This document shows, piece after piece, positions 8,803-18,602 of a DNA stretch of 44,523 nucleotides. The notes under the pieces are model-generated. The model ran no database searches, was not told the origin of the DNA, and was given only the letters and a program-made list of their open reading frames with translations. A program made the translations under genes and the position numbers. The stretch covers positions 1 to 44,523 of the forward strand of contig JAYWEM010000059.1 in assembly GCA_043779265.1 (NCBI GenBank). The letters are read 5' to 3'. The number at the start of each line of letters is the position of its first letter. Positions within the stretch are counted from its first letter, which is position 1. The DNA is from a bacterium (lineage in GTDB: Bacteria; Eisenbacteria; RBG-16-71-46).

Positions 8803-11487
8803 TCAGGGCACCAGCACCAGCGAGCGCGTGCGCCGCCCCTCACCCTCGACGCGGAGTCGAACCAGATAGAGTCCGGGCCGGGCCGGGGAACCGTCGCGGG
8901 TCCTGCCATCCCATCGGTGTTCGTGGACACCGGCGCTCATCGTCGCGTCCCCGATCAAGGTCCGCACGAGGCGACCCGTCACATCGAGCATCTCGAGCGA
9001 CACGCGAGCCTCGCGCGGCTGGGACCATGCGAGCTGCGAGGCCCCGCGCGAGGGACTCGGGCGCGGGAGCTCGAGCTCGAGCGCGCCTCGCGTGATGCCG
9101 GGGGCATCGACGAGTGACAACGAGACGATGCGTCGCAGCTGACCCGAGAACGCATTGGGATACGGACTCCACAGCCGCAGGTACCACAGCGCTCCATCGG
9201 GTCCGACCTTCCAACCATTCGTGAACGAGAAGCCGTTCGCCCAGACGGTCGGGCTCGGTTGCCCGGGCACCGGCGCGGCCAGCGCCCATGTGTCACCCGA
9301 ACGCTCGATGCGCCGCATCTCGCCGGTGTAGAAGTCGAGGTAGAACACATCGCCCTCGTACGCGGGCGGGAAGCCGGTCGAGAACAGGGGCTTGCGATAC
9401 ACGCCGCCCATGATGACGGTGCGCGTTCCCGGCTGATAGTAGTAGCCGGCGATGGGCGGCACCGAGTCGCTCGTGTCGGCATCGACGCAATGGAAGGTCG
9501 TCGCGACCGGGCCCTCGTAGTGCGGCCAACCGAAATCATGGCCACCCGATGCGGCGTAGTCCACTTCCTCATAGGCGATCTGACCGACATCGGCGATGAA
9601 GACCGCTCCGCTGAACGGGTCGATCGAGTAGCTGTAGGGATTGCGAAGGCCCGTCTGCCAGACGATGCGCGCCCGCGGGTCGGGATGACCCGCGAACGGA
9701 TTGTCGGACGGCGCGAGACTCGCGAGTGTCGGGGGCGGACCAGCGCCATCGGGGATCGAGGCGGTGTCGAGGCGCAGGAGCTTGCCCCGCAGCGAGGTCA
9801 GGCTCTGCGACGCACACTTGGTGCCGTCATCTCCCAGCGCGACGATCAAGTGACCGCTCGGATCGAACGCGAGCGTGCCGCCGTTGTGCGCGCCCGACGA
9901 ATCGGGCAGCCCTGCGAGCACCATGCGCGAGGACGTCAGGTCGAGATCGATCGTGCCATCGCCCGTTCCCAGCAGGTCCCCCACCAACGTGTAGCGCTCG
10001 ATGCGGATATCGAGCCCGCCGCTCCAGTCGTAGTGCACATAGAGGTAGGGACTCTGCGGGTAGCGCGGATCGAGCGCCATGCCGAGCAGGCCCTGTTCCA
10101 GATAGGCCGAGCGCACGCTGTCGATGACGCCGGCGGGATCCGAGGCATGGAACGACGTGCCACTCAGCAGCCGGATCGCGCCATCGCGGCGCTGGGTCAC
10201 GAGTCGTCGATCGCCCGGCAGGAAGACGAAGGCCGTCGGCTCGTCGAGGCCCGAGCCCATCAACTGCTCGGCGAAGTCCGTGGGGACGACCTGGGTCGCG
10301 CTCACTTGCGCCGGAGAGGCGGGATGCGATATCGCGGCGGCGACGGAGGTCCGCTCGGCATCGGCACGCAACGGTTCGGCGAAGCGAGCGGGCCCGACCT
10401 CGACCACGGAGGCGCCATCACTCCAGGCGGACTTCGAGACCATGACGCGCTCAGCCAGCTTGAGCGCGCCGTTCGTCAGGTCGACGTAGGCGATCACCGG
10501 ATCGCCTTCGGCATCGAACCGCAGCGAGGGTTGTGACCCGACGCGGCCCACCGAGTCCACGACCTCGAGGACCCAGTTGCCGGACTCCCGGTGCGCCAAT
10601 CGCAGATCGGCGTTGGCCCGATCCAGATAGGCGATCCATGGCTCGCCCGCGCTATCCAGCGCGAGCGAGCTGTGCTGACCCACATCACCCGAGGAATCCA
10701 CGACGCTCAGGGTCCACACGGCGCCGGAGCGCTCGGCGAATCGAAGGTCGCCGCGCACCGCATCGTGATAGCTGATCCGCGGCTCGTCACCCGCTCCGAG
10801 CGCAAGGCTGGTGAACGCGGTTCCTCCGAGAGGGCCCGCATCCACGAGTTCGCTCGTCCACGCCGAGACCCCGCGCGTCGCCAGTCGGAGCGCCGAGTTC
10901 GAAACGCTGCCGTAGCTGATGCGCGGCCGACCATCGGAGCCGACCGAGAGCGAAGCCTGCCAGCCGGTCATGATCGCCGGATCGACGATCTCGTTCACCC
11001 AGCCGCCCGCTTCGCGGCGCCCGTACATCAACTGGAAGCTCTTGGTGAAGGCCAGACACGCAGTGCCGGTGGAATCGATCGCCAGTGACGACGAGGCCGA
11101 GAAGCCGTGCCCGTTGAGACTGACCTCCTCGATGGTCCAGGCGGCGCCGACGCGGCGAGCGAACATGACGCGATGATTGACCACCGCGTCGTAGGCGATG
11201 CGCGGCTCGCCATCGGGGCCGAACACCAACGACGTCAGGTAGCCGGTCTCGAGCGCGGTCTCGAGTGTCTGCGTCTGCCACACCGCGCCATCGAATCGGG
11301 CGAAGCGCAGATCGAGCCGCTCGCCTTCTTGATAGCTGATGTTGGGGCGTCCCGCGGGGTCGAACGCCAGCGAGGCGTGATAGCCCGAGTGCCGGAGCGT
11401 GTCGATCGTCTGGATCGAGAACGAGGCGGCGCCCGCGCTTGTCGGCAGGAGGAGCCCGCAGATCAGCAATCGGACACAGGCGGTCAT
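8803..11487 (-). CDS. Secreted protein: N-terminal beta-propeller repeats, PQQ-dependent glucose/sorbosone dehydrogenase (GSDH) domain and FlgD-Ig C-terminal domain
   Basis: Signal peptide MTACVRLLICGLLLPTSAGA. Repeats SLAxDxxGxPxISY. GSDH motifs EQGLLGMALDP, HNGGTLAF, GLRNPY, ADVGQ and GWP. C-terminal DVTGRLVRTL…WDGR…PGLYLVRL. Confidence 0.8.
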   Translation of the reverse strand: MTACVRLLICGLLLPTSAGAASFSIQTIDTLRHSGYHASLAFDPAGRPNISYQEGERLDLRFARFDGAVWQTQTLETALETGYLTSLVFGPDGEPRIAYDAVVNHRVMFARRVGAAWTIEEVSLNGHGFSASSSLAIDSTGTACLAFTKSFQLMYGRREAGGWVNEIVDPAIMTGWQASLSVGSDGRPRISYGSVSNSALRLATRGVSAWTSELVDAGPLGGTAFTSLALGAGDEPRISYHDAVRGDLRFAERSGAVWTLSVVDSSGDVGQHSSLALDSAGEPWIAYLDRANADLRLAHRESGNWVLEVVDSVGRVGSQPSLRFDAEGDPVIAYVDLTNGALKLAERVMVSKSAWSDGASVVEVGPARFAEPLRADAERTSVAAAISHPASPAQVSATQVVPTDFAEQLMGSGLDEPTAFVFLPGDRRLVTQRRDGAIRLLSGTSFHASDPAGVIDSVRSAYLEQGLLGMALDPRYPQSPYLYVHYDWSGGLDIRIERYTLVGDLLGTGDGTIDLDLTSSRMVLAGLPDSSGAHNGGTLAFDPSGHLIVALGDDGTKCASQSLTSLRGKLLRLDTASIPDGAGPPPTLASLAPSDNPFAGHPDPRARIVWQTGLRNPYSYSIDPFSGAVFIADVGQIAYEEVDYAASGGHDFGWPHYEGPVATTFHCVDADTSDSVPPIAGYYYQPGTRTVIMGGVYRKPLFSTGFPPAYEGDVFYLDFYTGEMRRIERSGDTWALAAPVPGQPSPTVWANGFSFTNGWKVGPDGALWYLRLWSPYPNAFSGQLRRIVSLSLVDAPGITRGALELELPRPSPSRGASQLAWSQPREARVSLEMLDVTGRLVRTLIGDATMSAGVHEHRWDGRTRDGSPARPGLYLVRLRVEGEGRRTRSLVLVP

Positions 11488-11554
11488 GGGAGCGCTCCGG
11501 AGTTCGAGGGACGGCACGCCCGCAAGCCTACGCCCGCGGTTCGTCCACGTACAT

Positions 11555-11592
11555 GGGAATCCGGGGGAATCCGCGGGGAATCCAGGGAAGCC
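11555..11592. repeat. Four phased GGGAA(T/G)CC direct repeats in a divergent intergenic region
   Basis: GGGAATCC at 11555, 11565 and 11576, and GGGAAGCC at 11585. Confidence 0.7.
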
Positions 11593-11751
11593 CGCAACCC
11601 GAAGCCGCACTTGGGCCGCATCGGCGGTATGGCCGGCAATCGACCATTCCGCGGGCGACGCCTCGTCCTCGATGCGGCGAGGCAGGAGTTCCACGTCGAG
11701 TGAGCCGCCGCGTGTAGTCTCCTCGCTCACCCTCATCCCCAGGAGGCTCCT

Positions 11752-12099
11752 ATGGAGATCCGCCGCATCGCCGTGGGCGCGCGCATGAGCGCAGCCGTCG
11801 TGCACGGGAACACCGTCTATCTCGCAGGTCACGTCGCGGGCGATCGCTCGCGAGGCGTTGCCGGCCAGACCGAGGAGATCCTGCGCCGGATCGACGAGCG
11901 CTTGGCGGAAGCCGGCACCGACAAGTCCAAGGTGCTCTCGGCGAACATCTGGCTGGCGGACATGGTGACCTTCGAGGAGATGAACGGCGTGTGGGACGGC
12001 TGGGTGGCGCCTGGCTGTGCGCCCGCGCGCGCCACGGTCGAGGCCAAGCTCGCCTCGCCCGACTATCTCGTCGAGATCGCCGTCATCGCCGCAACCTGA
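11752..12099 (+). CDS. RidA/YjgF/UK114 family protein (YoaB-like)
   Basis: AGGAGG RBS. Motifs RMSAAVVHGNTVYLAG, MNGVWDGW, PARATVEAKLA and VEIAVIAA. Confidence 0.92.
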   Translation: MEIRRIAVGARMSAAVVHGNTVYLAGHVAGDRSRGVAGQTEEILRRIDERLAEAGTDKSKVLSANIWLADMVTFEEMNGVWDGWVAPGCAPARATVEAKLASPDYLVEIAVIAAT

Positions 12100-12173
12100 C
12101 CACAAGCGAGACGAGCACCCAGCCGATTGCCAGGCGCCCGTCGTGGGCTCGCTGTGTCGAGACGAGTCGTGCG

Positions 12174-13523
12174 CTATCGCACGCGTGCCCTGGGCCCGCG
12201 CGGCCGAGCATCGTACTTCTCGAACAACCGCTTCTGGCGTGACTCCATTGACGTGACCTGTCCTCCGATCAGGACCTGAAGACAACGGGTGCTCTGCATC
12301 AGCGGATCGCCGTCGGTGATCTGGAGGTCGGCCAACTTGCCGACCTCGATGCTGCCGACCAGGTCGCCGACGCCGAGGATGCGCGCGGGGTGGATGGTCA
12401 CGGCCTTGAGCGCTTCCTCGGCCGGCAGCCCGAAGGCCGCCGCCATCGAGGCATGGTGCGGCAGGTTGCGCGCGTTGTGCGCACCGCCACGCCCCTCGTC
12501 GGCAATGCAGAAGCTGACGCCGGCCGCATGCAGACGAGCCGCGACGCGGAACGCCTCATCGTAGGGCTCGTGCCGCCGCGTGGGCGTCGCGAGCACACCT
12601 GCGATGATCACTGCGATGTCGCGGCTCTTCAGCTCGTCGGCGATCCGCCAACTGTCGTAACCGCCCACCAGCACGATGCGCTTGAGACCGAGTTCGTCGG
12701 TCCACTGCAGCGCGGCACGGATCTGGTTCAGGGCATCGGCATGGATGAAAACGGGGATCTCGCCGCGAAGCGCCTTGCCCATGGCATCCCAGCGCACGTC
12801 GCGATCATGTCGACCGGCGCCCGGCTTGCCCTGTGCATCACGCGCCTTCCAGTACGCACGAGCCTCCTCGAACGCGCTGCGGATCGCGGCGATCGACTCG
12901 TCGCGCGCCTTGGCCTGGTCCTCATCGCTCCGCTGCTCCCACCACGACCGGCTCGGCGTCATGTTGGGCCACTGCACATGCAGCCCGACCGGAGCACGGA
13001 TCGTCATGTCCTCCTGCGTCCAGCCGTCCAGGTGGATGAGCGCCGACGTCCCGGTCACCGCACCGCCCCCCGGAACCGTCAGGGCGGAGGTGATGCCGTT
13101 GACCCGCGTCACCGGCAGCAACTCGCTGTCGGGATTGATCTGGACCTCGGCGCGGGCGTTCGGGTTGAGATTGCCTGTCTCCTGAGTGTCGTTGGAGCCT
13201 GTGACCGTGCTCACCTCGGTCAGTCCGAGCTGCGAGTTGGCCGCGACGAAGCCCGGGTAGACGTGCTTGCCGCGGCAGTCGATCACCCGGGCGCCCGCCG
13301 GGACCGCGACGTGCGCTCCCACGGCGGTGATGCGATCGCCCTGCACCAGCACGGTCGCGTTCTCGAGCGTGCCGCCGGTCACCGTGTGCACGGTGCCACC
13401 GACGAGCGCGACCGAACCCGTGGGCTTGGGAAGCCAGGTGGACTTGTTCTGGGCAACCGCCGAGGAGGCGAGTACGAAGGACATCGCCACAGCGACCAGC
13501 GAGCGGATCATGAGGCGATTCAT
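12174..13523 (-). CDS. Secreted amidohydrolase-family (HutI-like) protein, probably non-catalytic partner
   Basis: Amidohydrolase N- and C-terminal beta motifs (GKHVYPGF, GSIEVGKLADL), but the HxH site is replaced by AANSQ. Its start overlaps the upstream stop (ATGA). Confidence 0.85.
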   Translation of the reverse strand: MNRLMIRSLVAVAMSFVLASSAVAQNKSTWLPKPTGSVALVGGTVHTVTGGTLENATVLVQGDRITAVGAHVAVPAGARVIDCRGKHVYPGFVAANSQLGLTEVSTVTGSNDTQETGNLNPNARAEVQINPDSELLPVTRVNGITSALTVPGGGAVTGTSALIHLDGWTQEDMTIRAPVGLHVQWPNMTPSRSWWEQRSDEDQAKARDESIAAIRSAFEEARAYWKARDAQGKPGAGRHDRDVRWDAMGKALRGEIPVFIHADALNQIRAALQWTDELGLKRIVLVGGYDSWRIADELKSRDIAVIIAGVLATPTRRHEPYDEAFRVAARLHAAGVSFCIADEGRGGAHNARNLPHHASMAAAFGLPAEEALKAVTIHPARILGVGDLVGSIEVGKLADLQITDGDPLMQSTRCLQVLIGGQVTSMESRQKRLFEKYDARPRGPRARVR

Positions 13524-16500
13524 CGCGACACCTCCTCGCCGTTCTGGCGGGCGCGGCGTTCGGTCTCGGACATGAACTCGTGCGAGTGGCCGTCATCGCC
13601 GTGGGCGTGGCCGCACTGGTTGCCGCTCATATCGGTGTCCATGAGGTAGCGAGGGGGCCAGTCGCCCTTGCCTCCGCCGCCCTTCCCTTCGGGCTTCTTC
13701 GAGTCCTTTGCGGCGGCCACGAGCGCGACGCGCTCCTTGGCCAGCGCGTCACGCCCCGCCAGGTCCTCGGCGCGGTCGAAGTACTTGCGGCCCTCGATCC
13801 ACGTCTGCTCGCATAGCGCGTAGGGCGACAGCGGCTCGCCGCTCCACAGCGCGAAGTTGGCGAGCTTGCCCACCTCGAGCGAGCCGACCCGATCGTCGAT
13901 CTTGAGGCAGATGGCGGGATTCAGCGTCACGAACTTGAGCGCCTCGTCGCGCGGCACGCCGCCGTACTTGATCGCCTTGGCCGCTTCGGTATTGAGGCGC
14001 CGCGCCAGTTCATTGCTGTCGGAGTTGAATCCGGTGACGACGCCGCGGTCCCACATCAGATAGCCATTGTGCGGGATCGCGTCGATCACCTCCTGCTTGT
14101 AGCCCCACCAATCCGAGAAGCCCATGCCGGCCGCGCCGTGCAACGCCATCTCGTCGGCCACTTTGTAGCCCTCGAGGATGTGCGTGAACGTGTTGACCGT
14201 GATGCCGAATTCCTCGGCGAGCCGCATCAGCATCAGGATCTCGTCCTGGCGGTAGGAGTGCGCGTGGATGAGCCGCTTGCCGCTGACGATCTCGGAGAGC
14301 GCCTCGAGCTGCAGGTCGCGCCGCGGCGGCAGCGTGCGCTCGCCGCTGCTGAACTCGCTCCACGCACGGTCGTAGTCCTTGGCCGCGAGGAACGCCTCGC
14401 GGATCGACTGCTCGACGCCGGCGCGCGACTTCGGGTAGCGGCTCGTCGCATCGGCTCCCCAGTTGCTCTGCTTGGGATTCTCGCCGAGCGCGAACTTCAC
14501 CGTGCCCGGGATGTCCGAGACGTACATCTCTTCGACCGACGCACCCCACTTGCAGGAGATCAGCGCCGCCTGCCCGCCGATCGAGTTGCACGATCCGTGC
14601 AACAGGTGCTGCATCGTGACGCCGCCCGCGAGCTGACGGTAGATCTCGACGCTCTCGCTGTTGATGACATCCGCGATCCGCACTTCGCACGTCAGGTTGT
14701 TGGTGCACTCGTTGACGTTGCCCAGAATCGAGGAGTGGCTGTGCTCGTCGATGATGCCCGGAGCGACATGCTTGCCCTTGCCGTCGATCACCACGGCCCC
14801 GCCCGGCGCCGCGAGCCCCTTGCCGATCGCCGCGATCCGACCGCCGCGCACGAGGAGGTCGGTCTCCTGCATCGTGCCCTTGGGACCCGCCGTCCACAGC
14901 GTCGCATTGCGCACGAGCACGGCCGACGGGCTGGCCGGAGCCGGCATCCGCCAAGGTTCGGTGTTGCCCATGACGATCGGCGTCTCGACGCGTGCCGCGG
15001 GAGCGTCCTTCTTCTCGTCCTTGGTCACGGCCCGAGCGCTCACGTCGACGGTGCCCGCAGCGCCCACCATCGCATCATTCGCAGCGCGCAAGTCGAACGC
15101 CCTCGAGGCGCCTCCGACCAGCACCGAGAACCGCACACGTTTGGCTTCGAGTCGGACGCCCGTCGCCTTCAGCGTGTCGGTGCCCATCACCAACGTGGCC
15201 GTGGTGTCCTTGTCGACCGCGATCTTGAGCGTCGCTGCCGCCGACAGGCCCTTCAGCGCCCACTCACCCTTGGGCGACGTTTCGTCCTTGGACACCTCGA
15301 AGCGGTCACCATCCACCCACACGTCGCGCACCTTGGCCGCCTCGCTGAACAGGGGGCCGCGCATGACGGTGAGGTTCGCCACCTTGCCGGTCGCGATCGT
15401 GCCGAGCCGAGCCTCGAGCCCGAGCAGCCGCGCCGGCGTGGTCGTCACGGCCGCGATCGCATCGTCATTCGAGAGACCCTGCGCCACCGCCTTGCCGACC
15501 TGGGCGCGGAACGTCTTCACATCCTTGAGACCGTTCGACGTGAGCGCGAACGGGACGCCGGCGCGCTTCATGGCCGCGGGGTTGCCGGGCGCCTGCTGCC
15601 AGTGACGCAACTCCTCGGTCGTGACTTCGAGCGCGTTCGCATCGTCCGAGACATCCGGCGCATCAGGGAAGGCGACCGGTAGGACCACGGGCTGCGTCGT
15701 CGCCGCGACCTGGCGGGCCCGCTTGTACTCGTCGCCCGAGCCCACGACCATCGCACGCACGCCGGCCTCGCGCGCGAGCACCGAGGCCCGCATCACCTCG
15801 AGCATCTCATCGGCCAGGAACAGCACCGGCAACGTGCCCGAGATCGCACCCTGCAGCGAGGCATGTGACAGGTTCGTCTCGGGGCGCTCGCTGCTGGCGG
15901 GCTTGCGAGCATGGGCCGCATGCACATCGCGATACCACTTGGCGTCCATGAACGCCTGCCGGATCATCGCGATCGCGCCCATCAGCGAACCCGGATAACC
16001 CTGTGGCGTCGGCTGGATCGAGACCACCTGGGCCGCATCCGCCACGAGCACATTGGCATTGAGCGCTCCGTCGCCCAGATTCACCACGGCGCTCGTACCG
16101 CGCAGGATGCCCGCGCGAGGAGCGACTTGAGCCGCCGCGAATCCTGCACCGCGCAACGACTCGAGCTGGTCCTTCGAGAGCGAGAGGTTCGAGGCGACGC
16201 GGTATTCGGGCCGCACATTCGGATTGTCCGCCGCCGCTCCGCGCGAGGGCTCGGCCGCAGGCTCGCCGCCTCGCCCGGGTCGCCCCGCTGGCCGCGCCGC
16301 AGCGCCTCCGGCTTCAGCCGGAAGCACCATCATGTCGATCAGGCCCGCGTACACCGTGAGGCTGTCGCCCGGCCAGATCCGCGCATCCGGTGGCGGCGTC
16401 ACGGTGGCACCGACCGCGATGATCACGCCGTCTCGCATCACGACGGTCCCACGCGGGATCACCTGTCCCGGCGCGACCACGATGCGCGCATCGACGATGG

Positions 16501-16627
16501 CATGGACGCGAGGTGTCGCGGCCATTGCCGTGGAGCCGAGCGAGAGCGCGGCCGCCACGACCAGGACGAACAGGTGGGCGCGGGCTGCGGGACCGGACCG
16601 ACGGAGCAGTCGAAGACGCGAGGACAT
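13520..16627 (-). CDS. Secreted two-domain amidohydrolase-family protein
   Basis: Two amidohydrolase units. The second has PGIIDEHSHS, KFALGENPK, HSYRQDE, FTHILEGY and NSDS. GGAG RBS before ATG 16627. Confidence 0.85.
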   Translation of the reverse strand: MSSRLRLLRRSGPAARAHLFVLVVAAALSLGSTAMAATPRVHAIVDARIVVAPGQVIPRGTVVMRDGVIIAVGATVTPPPDARIWPGDSLTVYAGLIDMMVLPAEAGGAAARPAGRPGRGGEPAAEPSRGAAADNPNVRPEYRVASNLSLSKDQLESLRGAGFAAAQVAPRAGILRGTSAVVNLGDGALNANVLVADAAQVVSIQPTPQGYPGSLMGAIAMIRQAFMDAKWYRDVHAAHARKPASSERPETNLSHASLQGAISGTLPVLFLADEMLEVMRASVLAREAGVRAMVVGSGDEYKRARQVAATTQPVVLPVAFPDAPDVSDDANALEVTTEELRHWQQAPGNPAAMKRAGVPFALTSNGLKDVKTFRAQVGKAVAQGLSNDDAIAAVTTTPARLLGLEARLGTIATGKVANLTVMRGPLFSEAAKVRDVWVDGDRFEVSKDETSPKGEWALKGLSAAATLKIAVDKDTTATLVMGTDTLKATGVRLEAKRVRFSVLVGGASRAFDLRAANDAMVGAAGTVDVSARAVTKDEKKDAPAARVETPIVMGNTEPWRMPAPASPSAVLVRNATLWTAGPKGTMQETDLLVRGGRIAAIGKGLAAPGGAVVIDGKGKHVAPGIIDEHSHSSILGNVNECTNNLTCEVRIADVINSESVEIYRQLAGGVTMQHLLHGSCNSIGGQAALISCKWGASVEEMYVSDIPGTVKFALGENPKQSNWGADATSRYPKSRAGVEQSIREAFLAAKDYDRAWSEFSSGERTLPPRRDLQLEALSEIVSGKRLIHAHSYRQDEILMLMRLAEEFGITVNTFTHILEGYKVADEMALHGAAGMGFSDWWGYKQEVIDAIPHNGYLMWDRGVVTGFNSDSNELARRLNTEAAKAIKYGGVPRDEALKFVTLNPAICLKIDDRVGSLEVGKLANFALWSGEPLSPYALCEQTWIEGRKYFDRAEDLAGRDALAKERVALVAAAKDSKKPEGKGGGGKGDWPPRYLMDTDMSGNQCGHAHGDDGHSHEFMSETERRARQNGEEVSR

Positions 16628-16827
16628 CGGGGGTCTCCTGGCAGGGAGCGGGACGGGATCGGGCGCCGAGTGCGCGACGATGAGGCGGACAGAATGGGGA
16701 AAGTAGGACTCCTGCTGCCCGCTGCCGATGCGGCCCCGACCGACGCGGCCCGCCATCAGACGAGTGCGGTGACGCCGGAACCCCCTCCGCCGCAGCGAAC
16801 AGGCCGATCCGGCTGGATCCGAGGGCC

Positions 16828-16859
16828 TTGACCCCCAACCCGGGAGGGCCTTTTAATTT
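16828..16859 (+). promoter_or_regulatory. Possible sigma70 promoter for the S1-domain gene (TTGACC … TTTAAT)
   Basis: -35-like TTGACC at 16828 and a rare AT-rich TTTTAATTT box about 18 nt downstream. Confidence 0.35.
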
Positions 16860-16942
16860 CCCAGGGAGGGCGGCGGTCCTCTACCCTCTCCCGGCTCCAC
16901 CTCACCCCCTGCATCCACCCTTGTCTCAGAAGGTAGCCTCCG

Positions 16943-18523
16943 ATGACCGAGCTTCCCACCGATCAGCCCACCCCGCCCGTCGACGCCGACGCTGCGGCAG
17001 CACCCGCCCTCCAGTCCGTCACGGCTGACGTCGCCGCGACCGATCCTGAAGCTGCGGATGCCCCTTCCACGGACTTCGCCCAGGCCCTTGCCGACCATGA
17101 GTCGAGCCCGACCGCAACCGCGCAGCAGGAGAGCGCCGCCGTCGAGCCCCGCAAGGGACAGAAGGTGAAGGCCCGCGTCGTGTCCATCGGAGAGGAACAC
17201 ATCGTGTTCGACTTCGGCGGACGCAGCGAAGCCACAGCCGAGACCCGCGCGTTCCGCGCTGACGACGGGTCCATGAAGATCACGGCGGGCGAGACGCTCG
17301 AGTTGTTCGTCAAGGAAGTCGGCGATCAGATCGTGCTGGCGGCGAAGGGTGGTGGCGATCGGAATGCGGCGGCCATGGCGCAGTTGCGCGAGGCGCATGC
17401 CGCTGGCATGCCGGTCAGGGGCCGCGTCACCGCGGTCAACACCGGCGGCGTCGTGGTGGATCTCTCGGGCGTGCGCTCGTTCTGCCCGATCTCGCAGATC
17501 GAGAACGGCTTCTGCGCCGATGCCAATGTCCACATCGGCAAGTCCTACGAGTTCCTCGTCACCAAGATGGGCGAGAGCAAACGCGACCTCGTCGTGTCGC
17601 GCCGCGAGTTGCTGCGCAAGGCCGAGAAGGCCGAGGCCGGCAACCTGCTCGCCGCGATCAAGGAAGGCGATGTGCGTGATGGCCGCGTCGTGAAGCTCGA
17701 GGGCTTCGGCGCGTTCATCGATCTGGGCGGCGTCCAGGGCATGGCGCACGTGAGCGAGCTGGCGCACGGCCGCGTCAATCACCCGAGCGACGTGTTGCGC
17801 GAGGGCGAGACCGTGAAGGTCAAGGTCCTCCGCGTCGAGGGTGGCGACGGCAGCAAGCGCCGCATCGCGCTGTCGATCAAGGCGATGCTCGCGGATCCGT
17901 GGACCACGGTCGCCGAAACCTTCACCGTCGGCCAGCGCGTCACGGGCACGGTCACGCGGCTCGCCGACTTCGGCGCGTTCGTGCAGATCGCTCCGGGAAT
18001 CGAGGGCCTCGTGCATGTCAGCGAGTCGGCCCTGACACGCGTCGCGCATGTGAAGGATGTGATGGCCCCGAACGACAGCGTCGAAGCGCTGGTGCTGACG
18101 GTCGAGCCCGACAAGCGTCGTGTCTCGCTCAGCGTCCGTCAGGCGCTGGGTGGTGCCCCGGCCGAGCCGCGCCGTCCGCGCGGCGAGTCGAGCGAGGGCT
18201 TCGCCGGAGCGGGCGCGGGCGCGGGTGCGAGTGCGAGTGCGGGTGCGGGTGGCGGTCGCGGCGAAGGCCACGGCGGCGGCGGCGGCGGCGGTCGCCCTCG
18301 CAGTGACCGCTTCGGCGGCGGTGCGGGTGGCGGTGCGGGTGGCGGCGGCCGTGGTGGCCGCGGCGACCGAGGCGGCATGGGTGGCGGCGGCCGAGGCGGC
18401 CGACGCGAGGGCGGAGATGATTGGCGCGCGTTCGCGTCCAGCGACTCGGGCCCGTCCGAGACGCCGATGGCCATCGCGCTGCGCAAGGCGATGGAGAAGG
18501 CCAAGAGCCGCGAGAAGGCCTGA
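16943..18523 (+). CDS. Ribosomal protein S1-like RNA-binding protein with four S1 domains and a Gly/Arg-rich tail
   Basis: S1 repeats (FCPISQI, FGAFIDLGGVQGMAHVSEL, FGAFVQIAPGIEGLVHVSE) and a C-terminal TPMAIALRKAM helix. Confidence 0.88.
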   Translation: MTELPTDQPTPPVDADAAAAPALQSVTADVAATDPEAADAPSTDFAQALADHESSPTATAQQESAAVEPRKGQKVKARVVSIGEEHIVFDFGGRSEATAETRAFRADDGSMKITAGETLELFVKEVGDQIVLAAKGGGDRNAAAMAQLREAHAAGMPVRGRVTAVNTGGVVVDLSGVRSFCPISQIENGFCADANVHIGKSYEFLVTKMGESKRDLVVSRRELLRKAEKAEAGNLLAAIKEGDVRDGRVVKLEGFGAFIDLGGVQGMAHVSELAHGRVNHPSDVLREGETVKVKVLRVEGGDGSKRRIALSIKAMLADPWTTVAETFTVGQRVTGTVTRLADFGAFVQIAPGIEGLVHVSESALTRVAHVKDVMAPNDSVEALVLTVEPDKRRVSLSVRQALGGAPAEPRRPRGESSEGFAGAGAGAGASASAGAGGGRGEGHGGGGGGGRPRSDRFGGGAGGGAGGGGRGGRGDRGGMGGGGRGGRREGGDDWRAFASSDSGPSETPMAIALRKAMEKAKSREKA

Positions 18524-18546
18524 TCCACGCGGCACAACGCTGACGA

Positions 18547-18580
18547 AAGCCCCCGCGACCGGTTCGAGTCGCGGGGGCTT
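18547..18580. terminator. Hairpin terminator between the convergent S1-domain and SOD genes
   Basis: 13-bp stem AAGCCCCCGCGAC / GTCGCGGGGGCTT with an 8-nt loop. Confidence 0.75.
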
Positions 18581-18602
18581 CGCTCTTTCGTGCGGCGAGG
18601 TC

